From positions 94,497 to 158,496 of the forward strand of contig CAWJHU010000001.1 in assembly GCA_963842815.1 (NCBI GenBank): 64,000 bases of DNA, written 5' to 3'. The stretch comes from Candidatus Nomurabacteria bacterium. Lineage in GTDB: Bacteria > Patescibacteriota > Minisyncoccia > Phycocordibacterales > UBA9973. The notes beneath the pieces were generated by a model. It saw only the letters and a program-made list of their open reading frames with translations, had not been told where the DNA came from and ran no database searches. A program made the position numbers and the translations under genes. Positions 34,984 to 45,533 of the stretch are shown piece by piece (the first letter of the stretch is position 1; each line of letters begins with the position of its first letter).

Positions 34984-37206
34984 TTACTCCGCGTTCATTT
35001 TTATTTTAGTCTTCGCTCCCACAAGACCATCGGCTACCAAGCCTTGGGCTTTTTGCCATTTCTTGATGACAGCAATTGTCTTCGGACCTAGTTTCCCATC
35101 TACCGCCAAGCCCAGACTTAATTTATCATTCAGGAATCTTTGCAATTCCATAACGGCTGCTCCTCTGCTTCCGTTTTTCAAGGTGACCGTACCGAAGTTG
35201 TAAGTAGCTGTTACGCCTGTGCCTGCGTTTCCCGCACAGGATACGCCGGTGGTTGTGCTGAAGCCGGTGGTTCTATTGTCACAGCCGGGGATGGTGGTTT
35301 TCGTACTGAGAGAAGTTGTTGTTGTTGCCGGAGGATAGTACCCTCCTCCACTTCCGCCGCCTCCGCCGCCAGTAGTGGTAGTTGAGGAATTTGTGTTGCT
35401 TCCACTATTATTGCCAGTATTAGTGGTGCTTGTTGAAGTTGAAGGAGGGGTGGTTGTAGTGGAAGAAGGAGGAGTGGTGTCAGTTGCGGGAGGAGATGCA
35501 ACAACAACAGTAGTATTCCCAACCGATTGAGCTACGGCTTCCCATAATGGATTAGAAGTTTGCAAAGTAGATTTATTCGGAAGCCAACCGGCCGGAAAAT
35601 CATAAATCATAAAACCGCCGAAGTTTTTTTGCTTGACCCATTGCATAATTGCGCTGACAGACTGGGGAGTTTGCACGTCATATAAATAATTATTCCACAA
35701 TGCCCAGGAAGCTTCGGCTGAACTGTCCCATTGAAAAACAGCGGATGGGTCGTTTCGCATGTCGTTTCTCGCTTGAACGTAAGCCCAGGAAGTGTATTTG
35801 TCTCCTGGTTTTGTTGCTCCTCCAAATTTTATAGATTCAAAAGAAATTGAAATGGCCATTTTGGACACATCATAGCCCCCGGTGATGAAACTAATTGCAT
35901 TATCATTTAAAGTACATCCTGCCAATCCAAGATACTGGGTTGATTTATATACGGGCGTTCCATATCCGGCGACGGGACCTCCGCAATTAACCCACATGGT
36001 ATAGGTCATCGCATACATTTGGTCTAAATCCGCGTTCATCACAAGCGGGTCGTAAGCATTATGAAATGTTGCCATATCCAAGGACTCAACCAGAATTCCG
36101 CGCGTCGGCCATTTGTTAAGTTCCGTACGATAATCATTCAAAAGATAACTATGCTCGCTTTTAACATTGGGCCATTCCCAGTCAATTTCAATTCCGTCAA
36201 ACCCATTGGCTTGGGCATAGGCGGAAGATTGCTGAACCAGCATATCAATTTTGGCCGGGTCGGAAGAAATGGCATTGAGGTTCGTCCCCGGATATACGCT
36301 CGCGACACTTAGCAAAACTTTCACGTTATGACTATGAGCTGCCGCAATGGTTCGGCTCAAATAGGACCTTCCGGAAGAATCTTTGAAATCCAAACCGGAA
36401 GATGAAAAATATGGAGCGCTTGTAATTACTCCTCCCCCTGTAAACAAAACCATGTGAGTCATGCCGGTCCAATCTATATTTTCCGGGTCCAAAGTGCCCC
36501 ACCACCAATCTGGATAATATCCCACAAGCCACATTCCACTTGAAGATGATGAACTGCCGCCGGAAGTAGTGCCGGAAGAAACAGGAGGGGTTGAACCGGA
36601 ATTCGTGTTGTCCACGGGAGGAGGATTAGAAACCACCGGCGGAACAGTCCCCGAAGGAGCAGAAGACCCGGCCGGGACAAATTGAATTTCATCCAGATAA
36701 AATGTTCTCGGTTGCCCACTTGTCTCGGTAATATAAAAACTATTTATCGGATGATTTTCCGGGTCAAGGGTGCTCATCGGTATATTAAAAAGAGTCCAGA
36801 TATTGGCTGGAGCGCTGGCAGTATATCCAGGGAAAGAATCTCCGGCATCGTTTTCAAATTTAAACTGAAGGGCAGCGCCCTGGGTTCCTCCATAGACAGC
36901 GACGGAAAAAAAAGAATATTGGCTGGAAAGAATATTGTTATGAACCCCCCAATTGCCATTTCTTGCCCTGAAAGCTCCCCAGATGCCGTTGATTACTTTT
37001 ATGGATGTGGTTCCGGCATAGGCCTGTTCGGTACTGTTAATTACCCTGGAGCTGGCATAGGAAACATCCATCCAGGGAGAATTAAGAGATGAATCCTGAT
37101 AAACATAAAGGGGGGCTGTTTGACCATGAACGAAAACAGCCGTTCCTATAAAAATTAAAGTTAGGATAAAAAGAAGCGCATAAAATTTTTTTGTTAATAT
37201 TTCCAT
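34984..37206 (-). CDS. secreted GH18 glycoside hydrolase with CBM-like N-terminus and C-terminal peptidoglycan-binding domain
   Basis: FDGIEIDWEWP (DxxDxDxE), S/T/G linkers, LKNGSRGAAVMELQ..DGKLGPKT..WQ..GLVADGLVG. Confidence 0.88.
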   Translation of the reverse strand: MEILTKKFYALLFILTLIFIGTAVFVHGQTAPLYVYQDSSLNSPWMDVSYASSRVINSTEQAYAGTTSIKVINGIWGAFRARNGNWGVHNNILSSQYSFFSVAVYGGTQGAALQFKFENDAGDSFPGYTASAPANIWTLFNIPMSTLDPENHPINSFYITETSGQPRTFYLDEIQFVPAGSSAPSGTVPPVVSNPPPVDNTNSGSTPPVSSGTTSGGSSSSSSGMWLVGYYPDWWWGTLDPENIDWTGMTHMVLFTGGGVITSAPYFSSSGLDFKDSSGRSYLSRTIAAAHSHNVKVLLSVASVYPGTNLNAISSDPAKIDMLVQQSSAYAQANGFDGIEIDWEWPNVKSEHSYLLNDYRTELNKWPTRGILVESLDMATFHNAYDPLVMNADLDQMYAMTYTMWVNCGGPVAGYGTPVYKSTQYLGLAGCTLNDNAISFITGGYDVSKMAISISFESIKFGGATKPGDKYTSWAYVQARNDMRNDPSAVFQWDSSAEASWALWNNYLYDVQTPQSVSAIMQWVKQKNFGGFMIYDFPAGWLPNKSTLQTSNPLWEAVAQSVGNTTVVVASPPATDTTPPSSTTTTPPSTSTSTTNTGNNSGSNTNSSTTTTGGGGGGSGGGYYPPATTTTSLSTKTTIPGCDNRTTGFSTTTGVSCAGNAGTGVTATYNFGTVTLKNGSRGAAVMELQRFLNDKLSLGLAVDGKLGPKTIAVIKKWQKAQGLVADGLVGAKTKIKMNAE

Positions 37207-37276
37207 ATTTTTAAATTATAATATTATTTTTTATTTATTTCCATAAAACTTCCGATATTTGTGTTATATTTAACTT

Positions 37277-37852
37277 ATGTCATTTGATGAAAATGATGAA
37301 GAAATAATTATTTTATATAAAAATGGCGAGGAAGAAGCATTTAAGGGTCTGATAGACAAATACACTCCCCTCCTTTACAATTTTGCCGCACGCTTGACCG
37401 ACCGAAATAACGCCTCTGATGTAGTTCAGGAAACTTTTATAAAAGTTTGGAAAAACTTGCACCATTTTGATTCTTCCAAGGCCAGTTTCAAGACTTGGGT
37501 TTTTACCATTGCCAAAAATACCGCCACCGATTTTTTAAGGAAAAAAAAGAGCCTGCTTTTCTCCGAGATGGACAAGGGTCTGGATAAAGACAACGATGAA
37601 CATAACGTTTCTTTCTCTGAAAATATACCCGATGAAAAATTAATTCCTGATGAAGCTCTGCAAAAATTACAAGATTCGGATTTGCTCAATAAAATACTGG
37701 ATAAACTGCCAATAAGTGAAAAAATTATTCTGGTGCTCCACTATCAGGAAGAGATGACTTTTGATGAAATAAGTAAAATTTTAAGCAAACCTTTAAATAC
37801 AGTCAAAAGCCAGCATCGCCGGGCCATAACAAAACTCCGTAAAATGCTATAA
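37277..37852 (+). CDS. ECF RNA polymerase sigma factor
   Basis: DVVQETFIKVW, FKTWVFTIAKN, EIS.IL..PLNTVKS. Confidence 0.93.
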   Translation: MSFDENDEEIIILYKNGEEEAFKGLIDKYTPLLYNFAARLTDRNNASDVVQETFIKVWKNLHHFDSSKASFKTWVFTIAKNTATDFLRKKKSLLFSEMDKGLDKDNDEHNVSFSENIPDEKLIPDEALQKLQDSDLLNKILDKLPISEKIILVLHYQEEMTFDEISKILSKPLNTVKSQHRRAITKLRKML

Positions 37853-37860
37853 TAAACTTC

Positions 37861-38436
37861 ATGTCTTACATTTTGGCTTTGCTCATACAATACAAATATC
37901 TGATTCTTTTCCCGGTTATTGTCATTGAGGGCCCTTTCGCCACAGTTATCAGCGGTTTTTTAATTTCTTTGGGAATTTTTAATGTCTTTATCGCCTATCC
38001 GATAATAATTCTCGGGGATTTGGCTTCCGATTCCATTTTTTATTTTATCGGGAGATTCGGCAGTAAATCAATCAATAAATGGATGCTTTACTTCGGGGTT
38101 ACGCCGGAAAAACTTGAAAATGCAAAAACATATTTTACAAACAACAGCAATAAAGCCATCGTCGCTTCAAAATTTATTCATGGCGTGGGAGTAAGCGGAC
38201 TGATGGCTGCAGGATTATTAAAAATTTCGTATTTTAAATATGCCAGAGTTTGCTTAATCACGGACATATTGCAATTCGGAGTCTTTCTCGCAATAGGATT
38301 TTTCTTCGGCCACGCCTACAAACAGATAGCAATTTATTTGGATAATTATGCTAAGATAGCAAGCATTGTCGCCCTGGTAATCATTCTTTTGGCAGTGGTA
38401 ATATATAAATTCAGAAAAAGAGAAAAAACAATTTAA
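37861..38436 (+). CDS. DedA family membrane protein
   Basis: IEGP, GDL.SD..FYFIGR, KFIHG motifs. Confidence 0.85.
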   Translation: MSYILALLIQYKYLILFPVIVIEGPFATVISGFLISLGIFNVFIAYPIIILGDLASDSIFYFIGRFGSKSINKWMLYFGVTPEKLENAKTYFTNNSNKAIVASKFIHGVGVSGLMAAGLLKISYFKYARVCLITDILQFGVFLAIGFFFGHAYKQIAIYLDNYAKIASIVALVIILLAVVIYKFRKREKTI

Positions 38437-38442
38437 GATTTT

Positions 38443-39633
38443 ATGCAAGCTAAGAAAGAGGAGAAGAAAAAATTAAGCATAGCTATGATTTGCGACCCCA
38501 TCGGCAATAATAAATCCGGCGTAGTTGTTTCCACCTTGCGATTCGCAAAATTATTGAAGGAACGGGGACACAATGTCATTTTTATTGCTGCCCGTTCCAA
38601 AGAGCACAAAAAACACAGCTATCACGACGGCATAAAAGCGTATCGCTACAGAAGCCTTCCCGTGCCAAAATCATGCGGATGGTATCTGGCCTTTCCCACC
38701 GTTAAAGAATTAAAAAAAGTTTTTCAGGAAGAAAATATAAATATCGTGCATATTATTTTACCCATGTCCGGCTCAATCATCGCCATAAAGGCGGCTCGTT
38801 CGCTTAATATTAAAATAGTGGCCCACTCCCACTCCCAACCGGAAAATCTTTTCATGGATATGCCGAAATTAATACGACCAACTTTGAATCGCATGTGGAA
38901 TTCATATCTCATGTGGACCTATGGCAAAGCTGAAGCTTTGATTTATCCGTCAGAGATGGCTCGCTCATTATTGAATAAGCTGAGTAAAAAAAATCAGACA
39001 TCGCATGTTATCAGCAACGGTATAAATATAAAAGAATTCAGGCCTCTTCCCATTGGAGATTTTCATGAAAGATTCGGCATTCCAAAGAGCACGATTAAAC
39101 TGCTTTTTGTCGGCCGTTTGTTCCCGGAAAAATCCGTTGATACCATTCTTAGGGCAACGCCTCATATCCTTAAAAAACATCCAAATATTCATGTAATGAT
39201 TGTGGGCGATGGCTATCTAAGGTCAAAACTGGAAAAATTAGCCCGCGGTCTTGGCATAGAAAAATTTATAACCTTTCTGGGATTGGTCAGCGAAGAAGAT
39301 AAAATTTTGGCCTATAATGCCAGCGATATTTTTGTGCTTCCCTCTTTTGCGGAACTTGAAGGAATGGCTGTTCTGGAAGCCAAAGCCTGTGGTAAACCCA
39401 TTATTATTTCCGATTCCGAAATGAGCGCTTCCCGTTTCTTTGTGGACGGCAACGGTTTTCTGTTTGAAACAAAAAATCATGAGGACCTGGCAGAAAAGGC
39501 AATTCAATTGATTGCCAACGCGGAGCTTCGTGAAAAAATGGGGAAAGTGAGTTTGGAAAAAAGCAAGAATTACGACATAGAAAAAAGCGTTGATAAGTTG
39601 GAAGAAGTTTATTGTTTAGTTTTAAAAAAATGA
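38443..39633 (+). CDS. GT4 glycosyltransferase
   Basis: ISNGI, FVGRLFPEKSVD, ELEGMAVLEA. Confidence 0.92.
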   Translation: MQAKKEEKKKLSIAMICDPIGNNKSGVVVSTLRFAKLLKERGHNVIFIAARSKEHKKHSYHDGIKAYRYRSLPVPKSCGWYLAFPTVKELKKVFQEENINIVHIILPMSGSIIAIKAARSLNIKIVAHSHSQPENLFMDMPKLIRPTLNRMWNSYLMWTYGKAEALIYPSEMARSLLNKLSKKNQTSHVISNGINIKEFRPLPIGDFHERFGIPKSTIKLLFVGRLFPEKSVDTILRATPHILKKHPNIHVMIVGDGYLRSKLEKLARGLGIEKFITFLGLVSEEDKILAYNASDIFVLPSFAELEGMAVLEAKACGKPIIISDSEMSASRFFVDGNGFLFETKNHEDLAEKAIQLIANAELREKMGKVSLEKSKNYDIEKSVDKLEEVYCLVLKK

Positions 39634-40442
39634 TGCACGAATTATTTTTTAAAGAAAAAGGGCTCTATTACAGGATAAACGATTTCAAAAAAGACAGGCC
39701 GACGATAGTTTTTGTGCACGGCGTGTATGGCAGTTCTTCGGCCTGGGCAAAACATGAAAAAGAATTTTCCCAAAAATATAATGTTTTGAATTACGATATG
39801 CGGGGACACGGAGAATCCCGGGTATATAGAAAATTTGAAGATTATGAAATAGAAAAATTCGTGGAAGATTTGAATGACCTGGTTAAATTTCTAAAAATAG
39901 AAAAATTTATTTTAATCGCCCACTCCATGGGTTCTCTGATAGTCTTGGACTATCTGCTCAAACACCAGGAAAAAGTAATTTCCGCGATACTATTGAGCCC
40001 AAATATAAATACAGGAAACGAATGGCTGAAAATTGTCATTAATAAACCTTTGATGTGTCTGATAACAGCCATAGAAAATAAATTACCCAAATGGAGATTG
40101 GGCGGACATGTTGATTATTCCAAGTACCCGAATTCCAGCGATTGGGCTGTAAAAAGATCTATAGCCGATTTGAAAAATACCGGGCTTTCCACTTATTTAT
40201 ATTGTGTAAAACATTTTTGCGGTTATGACCGCAGAAATTGTTTGGGAAATATAAAAGTGCCGGTTCTTATCGTTCATGGAAGAAAAGATAGCATTTTCCC
40301 GGTAAAAAATTCCATAGAAATGGCCCAAAAAATTCCCAAATCCAAACTTGTCATCCTAGAAAACGCCGACCATATAATTGTCATCAATCATTTTGACGAA
40401 ATTTCTAAGATAATTGAAGGTTTTATAGAAGAGACAAAATAG
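39630..40442 (+). CDS. alpha/beta hydrolase
   Basis: FVHG, DMRGHGES, AHSMG nucleophile elbow, HGRKD, ADH. Confidence 0.9.
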   Translation: MMHELFFKEKGLYYRINDFKKDRPTIVFVHGVYGSSSAWAKHEKEFSQKYNVLNYDMRGHGESRVYRKFEDYEIEKFVEDLNDLVKFLKIEKFILIAHSMGSLIVLDYLLKHQEKVISAILLSPNINTGNEWLKIVINKPLMCLITAIENKLPKWRLGGHVDYSKYPNSSDWAVKRSIADLKNTGLSTYLYCVKHFCGYDRRNCLGNIKVPVLIVHGRKDSIFPVKNSIEMAQKIPKSKLVILENADHIIVINHFDEISKIIEGFIEETK

Positions 40443-40557
40443 CTTGATTTTTAAAGGATGTTATCTATTCTATTTGACATTTTGTTTCATGTATGCTATA
40501 CTGTACAAAAGTACATAATAAATAATCATTTCCCACAAAACTCATCATGGAGGTTTT

Positions 40558-40794
40558 ATGAAAAAATCTGAGATTTATATGCAAAAGACAGTAAGCTATT
40601 TCGACAGAAATTGGCTTATTATTATGAGCGGTTCGTTTGGGGTAGGCGGGGCAATTGGAGTAGTAAGAAATGTTGCTTCTGGTGATTACAGACGAATTAT
40701 TTTAGGTCTTGTGATTGGCCTTCTTGTCGGAAAGATTTTAGATGTAATTATAAAAATTTTGATGAGAAGGGAAACCAAAAAAATCGAAGGGTAA
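40558..40794 (+). CDS. small membrane hypothetical protein
   Basis: 2 TM; TTGACA-17-TATACT promoter upstream, terminator downstream. Confidence 0.65.
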   Translation: MKKSEIYMQKTVSYFDRNWLIIMSGSFGVGGAIGVVRNVASGDYRRIILGLVIGLLVGKILDVIIKILMRRETKKIEG

Positions 40795-40898
40795 GCCTAA
40801 TAATAAAATTACCCAAAAAGCTAACAAAAATTTGTTGGCTTTTTTTATTTGTAAAAACTATTATTGATTATAAAGTATTTTAGTAGTAAACTTCAAAT

Positions 40899-42197
40899 AT
40901 GGGAATGGAAAATAATTTTAATAATCCTATCAAAACTAAAGAAAAACCGGAACAAATAACATTTCCTCATGCGGAATACGGTTTGAAGTTATATGAAAAA
41001 GAATATGGGAATAACCCAGAAGAGATCAAAAGAGTAAAAGAAATTTTTGACACTTTTTTAAATCAAGAAATAGAAAATATTAAAATTTATAATTCGGAAA
41101 AATTCGGTGTTTCTCTCCCCTACACCAGCATCAATGCAGGCGATTTTGCAAAAAAGTTTTATGAAAAATACACCGGGGAAAAAGCGGAAATAAAAACTCC
41201 AAAAGAGAGTCTCGTAGTAGAAGGTAATAAAAAACATATAAGCAATGAATATATGTTTCCCGGGGCTCCTCTCAACATGGAATTGCTTGATAATGGTCCA
41301 TTCCACTACGTGGGAGAATCCATGCGCCAATGCATAGAAAAACTTCCTGCCGCTCTTGAAAAAATAAAAAATGGTGAAGAACCCGATGAATTTGAGGTAT
41401 TTACGATGGGCACACCAATCAACGAACTTGGCAAAATGTCGCCGGGATTTTTGGAAATTTTCAAGAAAAATCCGACCGGAGTGATGAGCGAGGTTTTTGC
41501 GGAATTCATAAAGAAAAATAGTGAAACAAAATACAATATGGGGAAATTGGATATTGAACTTTTTGGAATCTCATGGGGAGGAGGTGTTGCTTCAATAGCC
41601 GGTGAAAAACTCTTGGAAACTGGCGAATTTACGCAAGATTCCGAAGAATCAGAAGAAAAAGGAATCCCGAAAATCGCGATAAAAGCACAAAACCCCGTTT
41701 CGCTCAGCCGTTCAAAGATAAAGGGTCCGCAAATTTGGTTTGGTTCTCCTTTAAACGATCCTGTTTCGGGAGATCAGTATGGACCGACTATGGGCAAAGA
41801 AAATCCGGAATTCGCAAAACAAATAAATAAAATCCTGGAAAAACGCGGAATATATGCAAATAAATCCGAAGAACAGCAAAAAATGAAAAAGAAAGCGATG
41901 CTGGATATTATTCTCTCTTTCAGAAAAGGATTAAAATTAAAACCGGAAACAAAAATAACTGAAATCTATGGTTTGCATGATTTGACAACCAAAACTTCCA
42001 GTCTTACAAAAGAAGTAAAAGAGCAAATGAAATCTCATCCTGATTCTCTGGGACAAAATTTGGCAAAACCCCAAAGAGAAAATTCAAGGGTTTTCGGTGC
42101 TGATATGTTTCATGAGTTTCCTTGGTTTAGAGAGACCGAATTAAGAAAAATTAAAAAAGCCGCAGAAAAATTAGAAGAATTAGAAAAATCGAAATAA
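40899..42197 (+). CDS. hypothetical protein, possible alpha/beta-hydrolase fold
   Basis: 432 aa; GISWGG (GxSxG) motif. Confidence 0.6.
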   Translation: MGMENNFNNPIKTKEKPEQITFPHAEYGLKLYEKEYGNNPEEIKRVKEIFDTFLNQEIENIKIYNSEKFGVSLPYTSINAGDFAKKFYEKYTGEKAEIKTPKESLVVEGNKKHISNEYMFPGAPLNMELLDNGPFHYVGESMRQCIEKLPAALEKIKNGEEPDEFEVFTMGTPINELGKMSPGFLEIFKKNPTGVMSEVFAEFIKKNSETKYNMGKLDIELFGISWGGGVASIAGEKLLETGEFTQDSEESEEKGIPKIAIKAQNPVSLSRSKIKGPQIWFGSPLNDPVSGDQYGPTMGKENPEFAKQINKILEKRGIYANKSEEQQKMKKKAMLDIILSFRKGLKLKPETKITEIYGLHDLTTKTSSLTKEVKEQMKSHPDSLGQNLAKPQRENSRVFGADMFHEFPWFRETELRKIKKAAEKLEELEKSK

Positions 42198-42199
42198 TC

Positions 42200-42835
42200 A
42201 TGAAAATCTGGATGCAAAAATGGAAAGACTTGGCGCAGGATAAAGAATTTATTAAATCTTTGATAATTGGATTTCTGCTTCTTGTTTTGAGCCTAATAAT
42301 CAATTATATCGCCGGCACCTACGCCACGGAAAAAGCCAGCCTGCCGGTAACTGATATTATTTTGAGCAACATTCCCGTTTTTGACGTTGATGGCATTTTT
42401 ATTTACGGGTCAATCATTTTTTGGATTTTCGCCATAGTAGTATTTTTTTACAACCCTAAAAAAATCGCTTTTGGTTTAAAGTCTATCGCTCTTTTTGTCA
42501 TCATCCGGTCAATTTTCATCAGTTTGACCCACCTTGGGCCATTCCCAACTCAAATGGTTGTTGACAACGTAAGTCTTTTCAATAAACTCACTTTCGGTGG
42601 AGATTTATTTTTTTCAGGGCATACGGGTCTTCCCTTTCTGCTGGCTCTGACTTTCTGGCAAGAAAAATATTTGCGCTATATTTTCATAATTTCATCAATT
42701 ATATTTGCCGCAGTTGTTTTGATGGGACATCTGCATTATTCCATAGATGTTCTGGCTGCCTTTTTCATTACCTATGCCATCTTCCATATGGCAGAATTTT
42801 TGTTTAAAAAAGATAGGGAGAAATTTTTGAGTTAA
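42200..42835 (+). CDS. PAP2/sphingomyelin-synthase-like phosphotransferase
   Basis: DLFFSGHT and HLHYSIDV motifs. Confidence 0.88.
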   Translation: MKIWMQKWKDLAQDKEFIKSLIIGFLLLVLSLIINYIAGTYATEKASLPVTDIILSNIPVFDVDGIFIYGSIIFWIFAIVVFFYNPKKIAFGLKSIALFVIIRSIFISLTHLGPFPTQMVVDNVSLFNKLTFGGDLFFSGHTGLPFLLALTFWQEKYLRYIFIISSIIFAAVVLMGHLHYSIDVLAAFFITYAIFHMAEFLFKKDREKFLS

Positions 42836-42836
42836 A

Positions 42837-42864
42837 TGCACCAAAATGAGCTTTCCGCCGTATA
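42837..42864 (+). promoter_or_regulatory. ECF sigma-type promoter
   Basis: TGCACC-16-CGTATA. Confidence 0.6.
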
Positions 42865-42873
42865 TACAAACAT

Positions 42874-43278
42874 ATGGAAAAGGAGCTAAAAAAAGTATTT
42901 CAAAAGGCTAAATATGAAGAGAGCTCCGGCTTAGCTTCGGGTATTTGGCAAAACATAGCTATACGTAGTAAACGTAAGGCTCGTTTTGAGTTATGGGCTT
43001 TTTCTTTTATAGGAATTATTTCCTTAACAGGGCTTGTCCCAGCTTTGAAAGCACTGTCGAACAATCTGGTTCAATCCGGTTTTTATGAGTACTTCTCTTT
43101 AATATTCTCTAACAGCAGTTCCCTTCTTTCCTACTGGAAAGAACTCGCCTTTTCCATTGCCGAATCATTGCCGGTAATGAGCATTGTTTTGTCCCTTTCC
43201 CTTGTTTTTATTTTCTTTTTGTCAATCAAATATGCAACCAGGCAAGTTATTAGAGGTCAATTATCATTATCATTTTAA
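42874..43278 (+). CDS. membrane protein, candidate anti-sigma factor
   Basis: Short cytoplasmic N-terminus plus TM helices; follows the ECF promoter. Confidence 0.5.
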   Translation: MEKELKKVFQKAKYEESSGLASGIWQNIAIRSKRKARFELWAFSFIGIISLTGLVPALKALSNNLVQSGFYEYFSLIFSNSSSLLSYWKELAFSIAESLPVMSIVLSLSLVFIFFLSIKYATRQVIRGQLSLSF

Positions 43279-43301
43279 TTAAGCAGTTTTCATAAAATAA
43301 T

Positions 43302-43805
43302 ATGAAAAAAATATACGAGGACATAAAGAAAATTTTTGACTCAAAAATTTCAACCGGCATTTTGGCCGCCGTCGGATTTTTTATAATCGCTGTTTTAATT
43401 TTTTCTGCCGGAGTTGCCGTCGGTTTTCACAAAGCCTCTTTTGGCCGGGCCTGGGGAGAAAATTATGAACGCAATTTCGGCATGAGACCCGACCGTCCCA
43501 TCTTGGGCGAAGATAACTTTCCGAATGCCCACGGCGCCATAGGTAAGATTATAAAAATAGAATTGCCGACAATAATAGTGCAGGACAGCAAAGATAATAC
43601 GGAAAAAGTGGTTTTGATAAAAAGCGATACGCAAATACAGAAAATGATGACAACTGCAAAGACAAGCGACCTTTCCATTGATGATTTTGTTGTTGTAATC
43701 GGTTCGCCGGACAATCAAGGCCAGATAGAAGCGAAGTTTATCAGAGTAATGCCGGCCGGGATGCCTGTTCCTCCGCCGTCGCAAACGCCTGCCCCCATAA
43801 AATAA
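43302..43805 (+). CDS. single-TM OB-fold (DUF5666-like) protein
   Basis: GKIIKI...T.I....DL..DDFVVVIG....GQIEAKFIRV. Confidence 0.7.
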   Translation: MKKIYEDIKKIFDSKISTGILAAVGFFIIAVLIFSAGVAVGFHKASFGRAWGENYERNFGMRPDRPILGEDNFPNAHGAIGKIIKIELPTIIVQDSKDNTEKVVLIKSDTQIQKMMTTAKTSDLSIDDFVVVIGSPDNQGQIEAKFIRVMPAGMPVPPPSQTPAPIK

Positions 43806-43806
43806 T

Positions 43807-45516
43807 ATGAAAAACTATTTTGATAAAATCAAAGCTTATATTTTTCTGCATAAAGTTTGGAGCGCAATTATTTTGATAGCGGTCTTACTGGTAGGTTATT
43901 GGGGATATGGAAAAATGACAAGCACCAGCGGGGAAACCAGATATGTTTTGGCTGCCGTCACCAAAGGAACTATTATCTCATCTGTTTCCGGAAGCGGCCA
44001 AGTTTCCGCTTCGGATGAAATTAATATCAACCCGAAGGTTTCAGGCACCATTACCAGCGTAAATGTTAATCCGGGAGACCAAGTCAAAGCCGGCAGATTG
44101 CTTTTTGTGATTGACGATACAAATGCGCAGAAAACAGTTCGCGATGCAGAATTAAGCCTGCAAAATGCAAATTTGTCTTTGCAAAAACTTCAAATTCAGA
44201 ATTCGGATACGAATTTGAATGCCAATTTATCAAAAGCCTATGATGACAGTTTCAACACTGTTTCAAATGCATTTTTGGATATGCCTTCCATTATGAACGG
44301 GCTTACCAGTATGTTCTTTCAAAGCGACCCCAAAATTGACGGCCAATGGTATGCCAACTGGTATGCCGGACAAGTTTGGAAAACAGATGTGGATGCTGCT
44401 CTTGTCTATAAGCAAGATTTGATAGACTCATACAATCTTGCTCTGAGCGCATACAATAAAAATTTTAATGATTACAAAGCAATTTCGCGAACTTCGGATT
44501 CGTCTGCCATTGAAAATTTAATATCTGAAACCTATGATACAACCAAACTTTTAGCTGACGCCATAAAGAGCGCCAATAATTATATTGATTTTGTAAATAA
44601 TTCAATGCAAACAAATAGTTTTACCATCCCGGCCATAATAAACACCCACAAGGCCGTGTTAAATACCGACACATCTCAAATTAATTCACACTTAAGCGAC
44701 CTTCTTTCGGCAAAAACAAATATTCAGAGCAGCAAAGACGCCTTTTCAAATTCTGACCTTACCACCAAGACCACCGAGCTCAGCATCAAACAAGCGGAAA
44801 ACTCTTTATCCGATGCGCAACAAAATTTATCCGATTATTATGTAAGAGCTCCTTTTGACGGAGTAATAGCAAGTGTTCCCGTTCAAAAAGGAGACAATGC
44901 AAGTTCCGGCACAACTCTGGGAACAATTATTACCTCACAGCAGGTGGCAGTAATTTCTCTAAACGAAGTGGATGTGGCAAAAATAGCGCTTGGAGAAAAA
45001 ACAACTCTCACTTTTGACGCTATCCCAGATTTAACAATTTCAGGAAAGGTTGTCCAAATTGATTCTTTGGGTACTGTTTCCCAGGGAGTCGTCAACTACA
45101 ACGTAAAAATAAGTTTTGATATGAACGACGCCAGGGTTAAACCGGGAATGAGTGTCAGCGCTGAAATTATTACCAGCGTAAAACAGGATGTTTTGACGGT
45201 TCCCAATAGCGCCATAAAAAATCAAGGAGGCACAAGCTATGTACAAATGTTTGACACCGCCCTGCCCGCTCCGGCAACCGGAGTACAGGGTTCTGTTTCC
45301 GTTACTCCTCCCATAAATCAAACAGTTCAGATTGGCGTTTCTGACGACACCTCTACGGAAATCGTTTCGGGATTGAAAGAAGGCGACCAAGTAGTAACTA
45401 AAACAATTACTTCTGCCACTTCTACAACTTCTTCTACCCCCAGCTTACTTAATGCGGTAAGTGGAAATAGAGGAACAACAGGAGGCGGGGCTACCAGAGT
45501 GCTAAGAGGCGATTAA
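43807..45516 (+). CDS. MacA-like efflux membrane fusion protein
   Basis: VSGSGQV, VNPGDQVKAG, APFDGVI, VKPGMS, SGLKEGD. Confidence 0.9.
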   Translation: MKNYFDKIKAYIFLHKVWSAIILIAVLLVGYWGYGKMTSTSGETRYVLAAVTKGTIISSVSGSGQVSASDEININPKVSGTITSVNVNPGDQVKAGRLLFVIDDTNAQKTVRDAELSLQNANLSLQKLQIQNSDTNLNANLSKAYDDSFNTVSNAFLDMPSIMNGLTSMFFQSDPKIDGQWYANWYAGQVWKTDVDAALVYKQDLIDSYNLALSAYNKNFNDYKAISRTSDSSAIENLISETYDTTKLLADAIKSANNYIDFVNNSMQTNSFTIPAIINTHKAVLNTDTSQINSHLSDLLSAKTNIQSSKDAFSNSDLTTKTTELSIKQAENSLSDAQQNLSDYYVRAPFDGVIASVPVQKGDNASSGTTLGTIITSQQVAVISLNEVDVAKIALGEKTTLTFDAIPDLTISGKVVQIDSLGTVSQGVVNYNVKISFDMNDARVKPGMSVSAEIITSVKQDVLTVPNSAIKNQGGTSYVQMFDTALPAPATGVQGSVSVTPPINQTVQIGVSDDTSTEIVSGLKEGDQVVTKTITSATSTTSSTPSLLNAVSGNRGTTGGGATRVLRGD

Positions 45517-45533
45517 AATTCTTAAAATAAATA

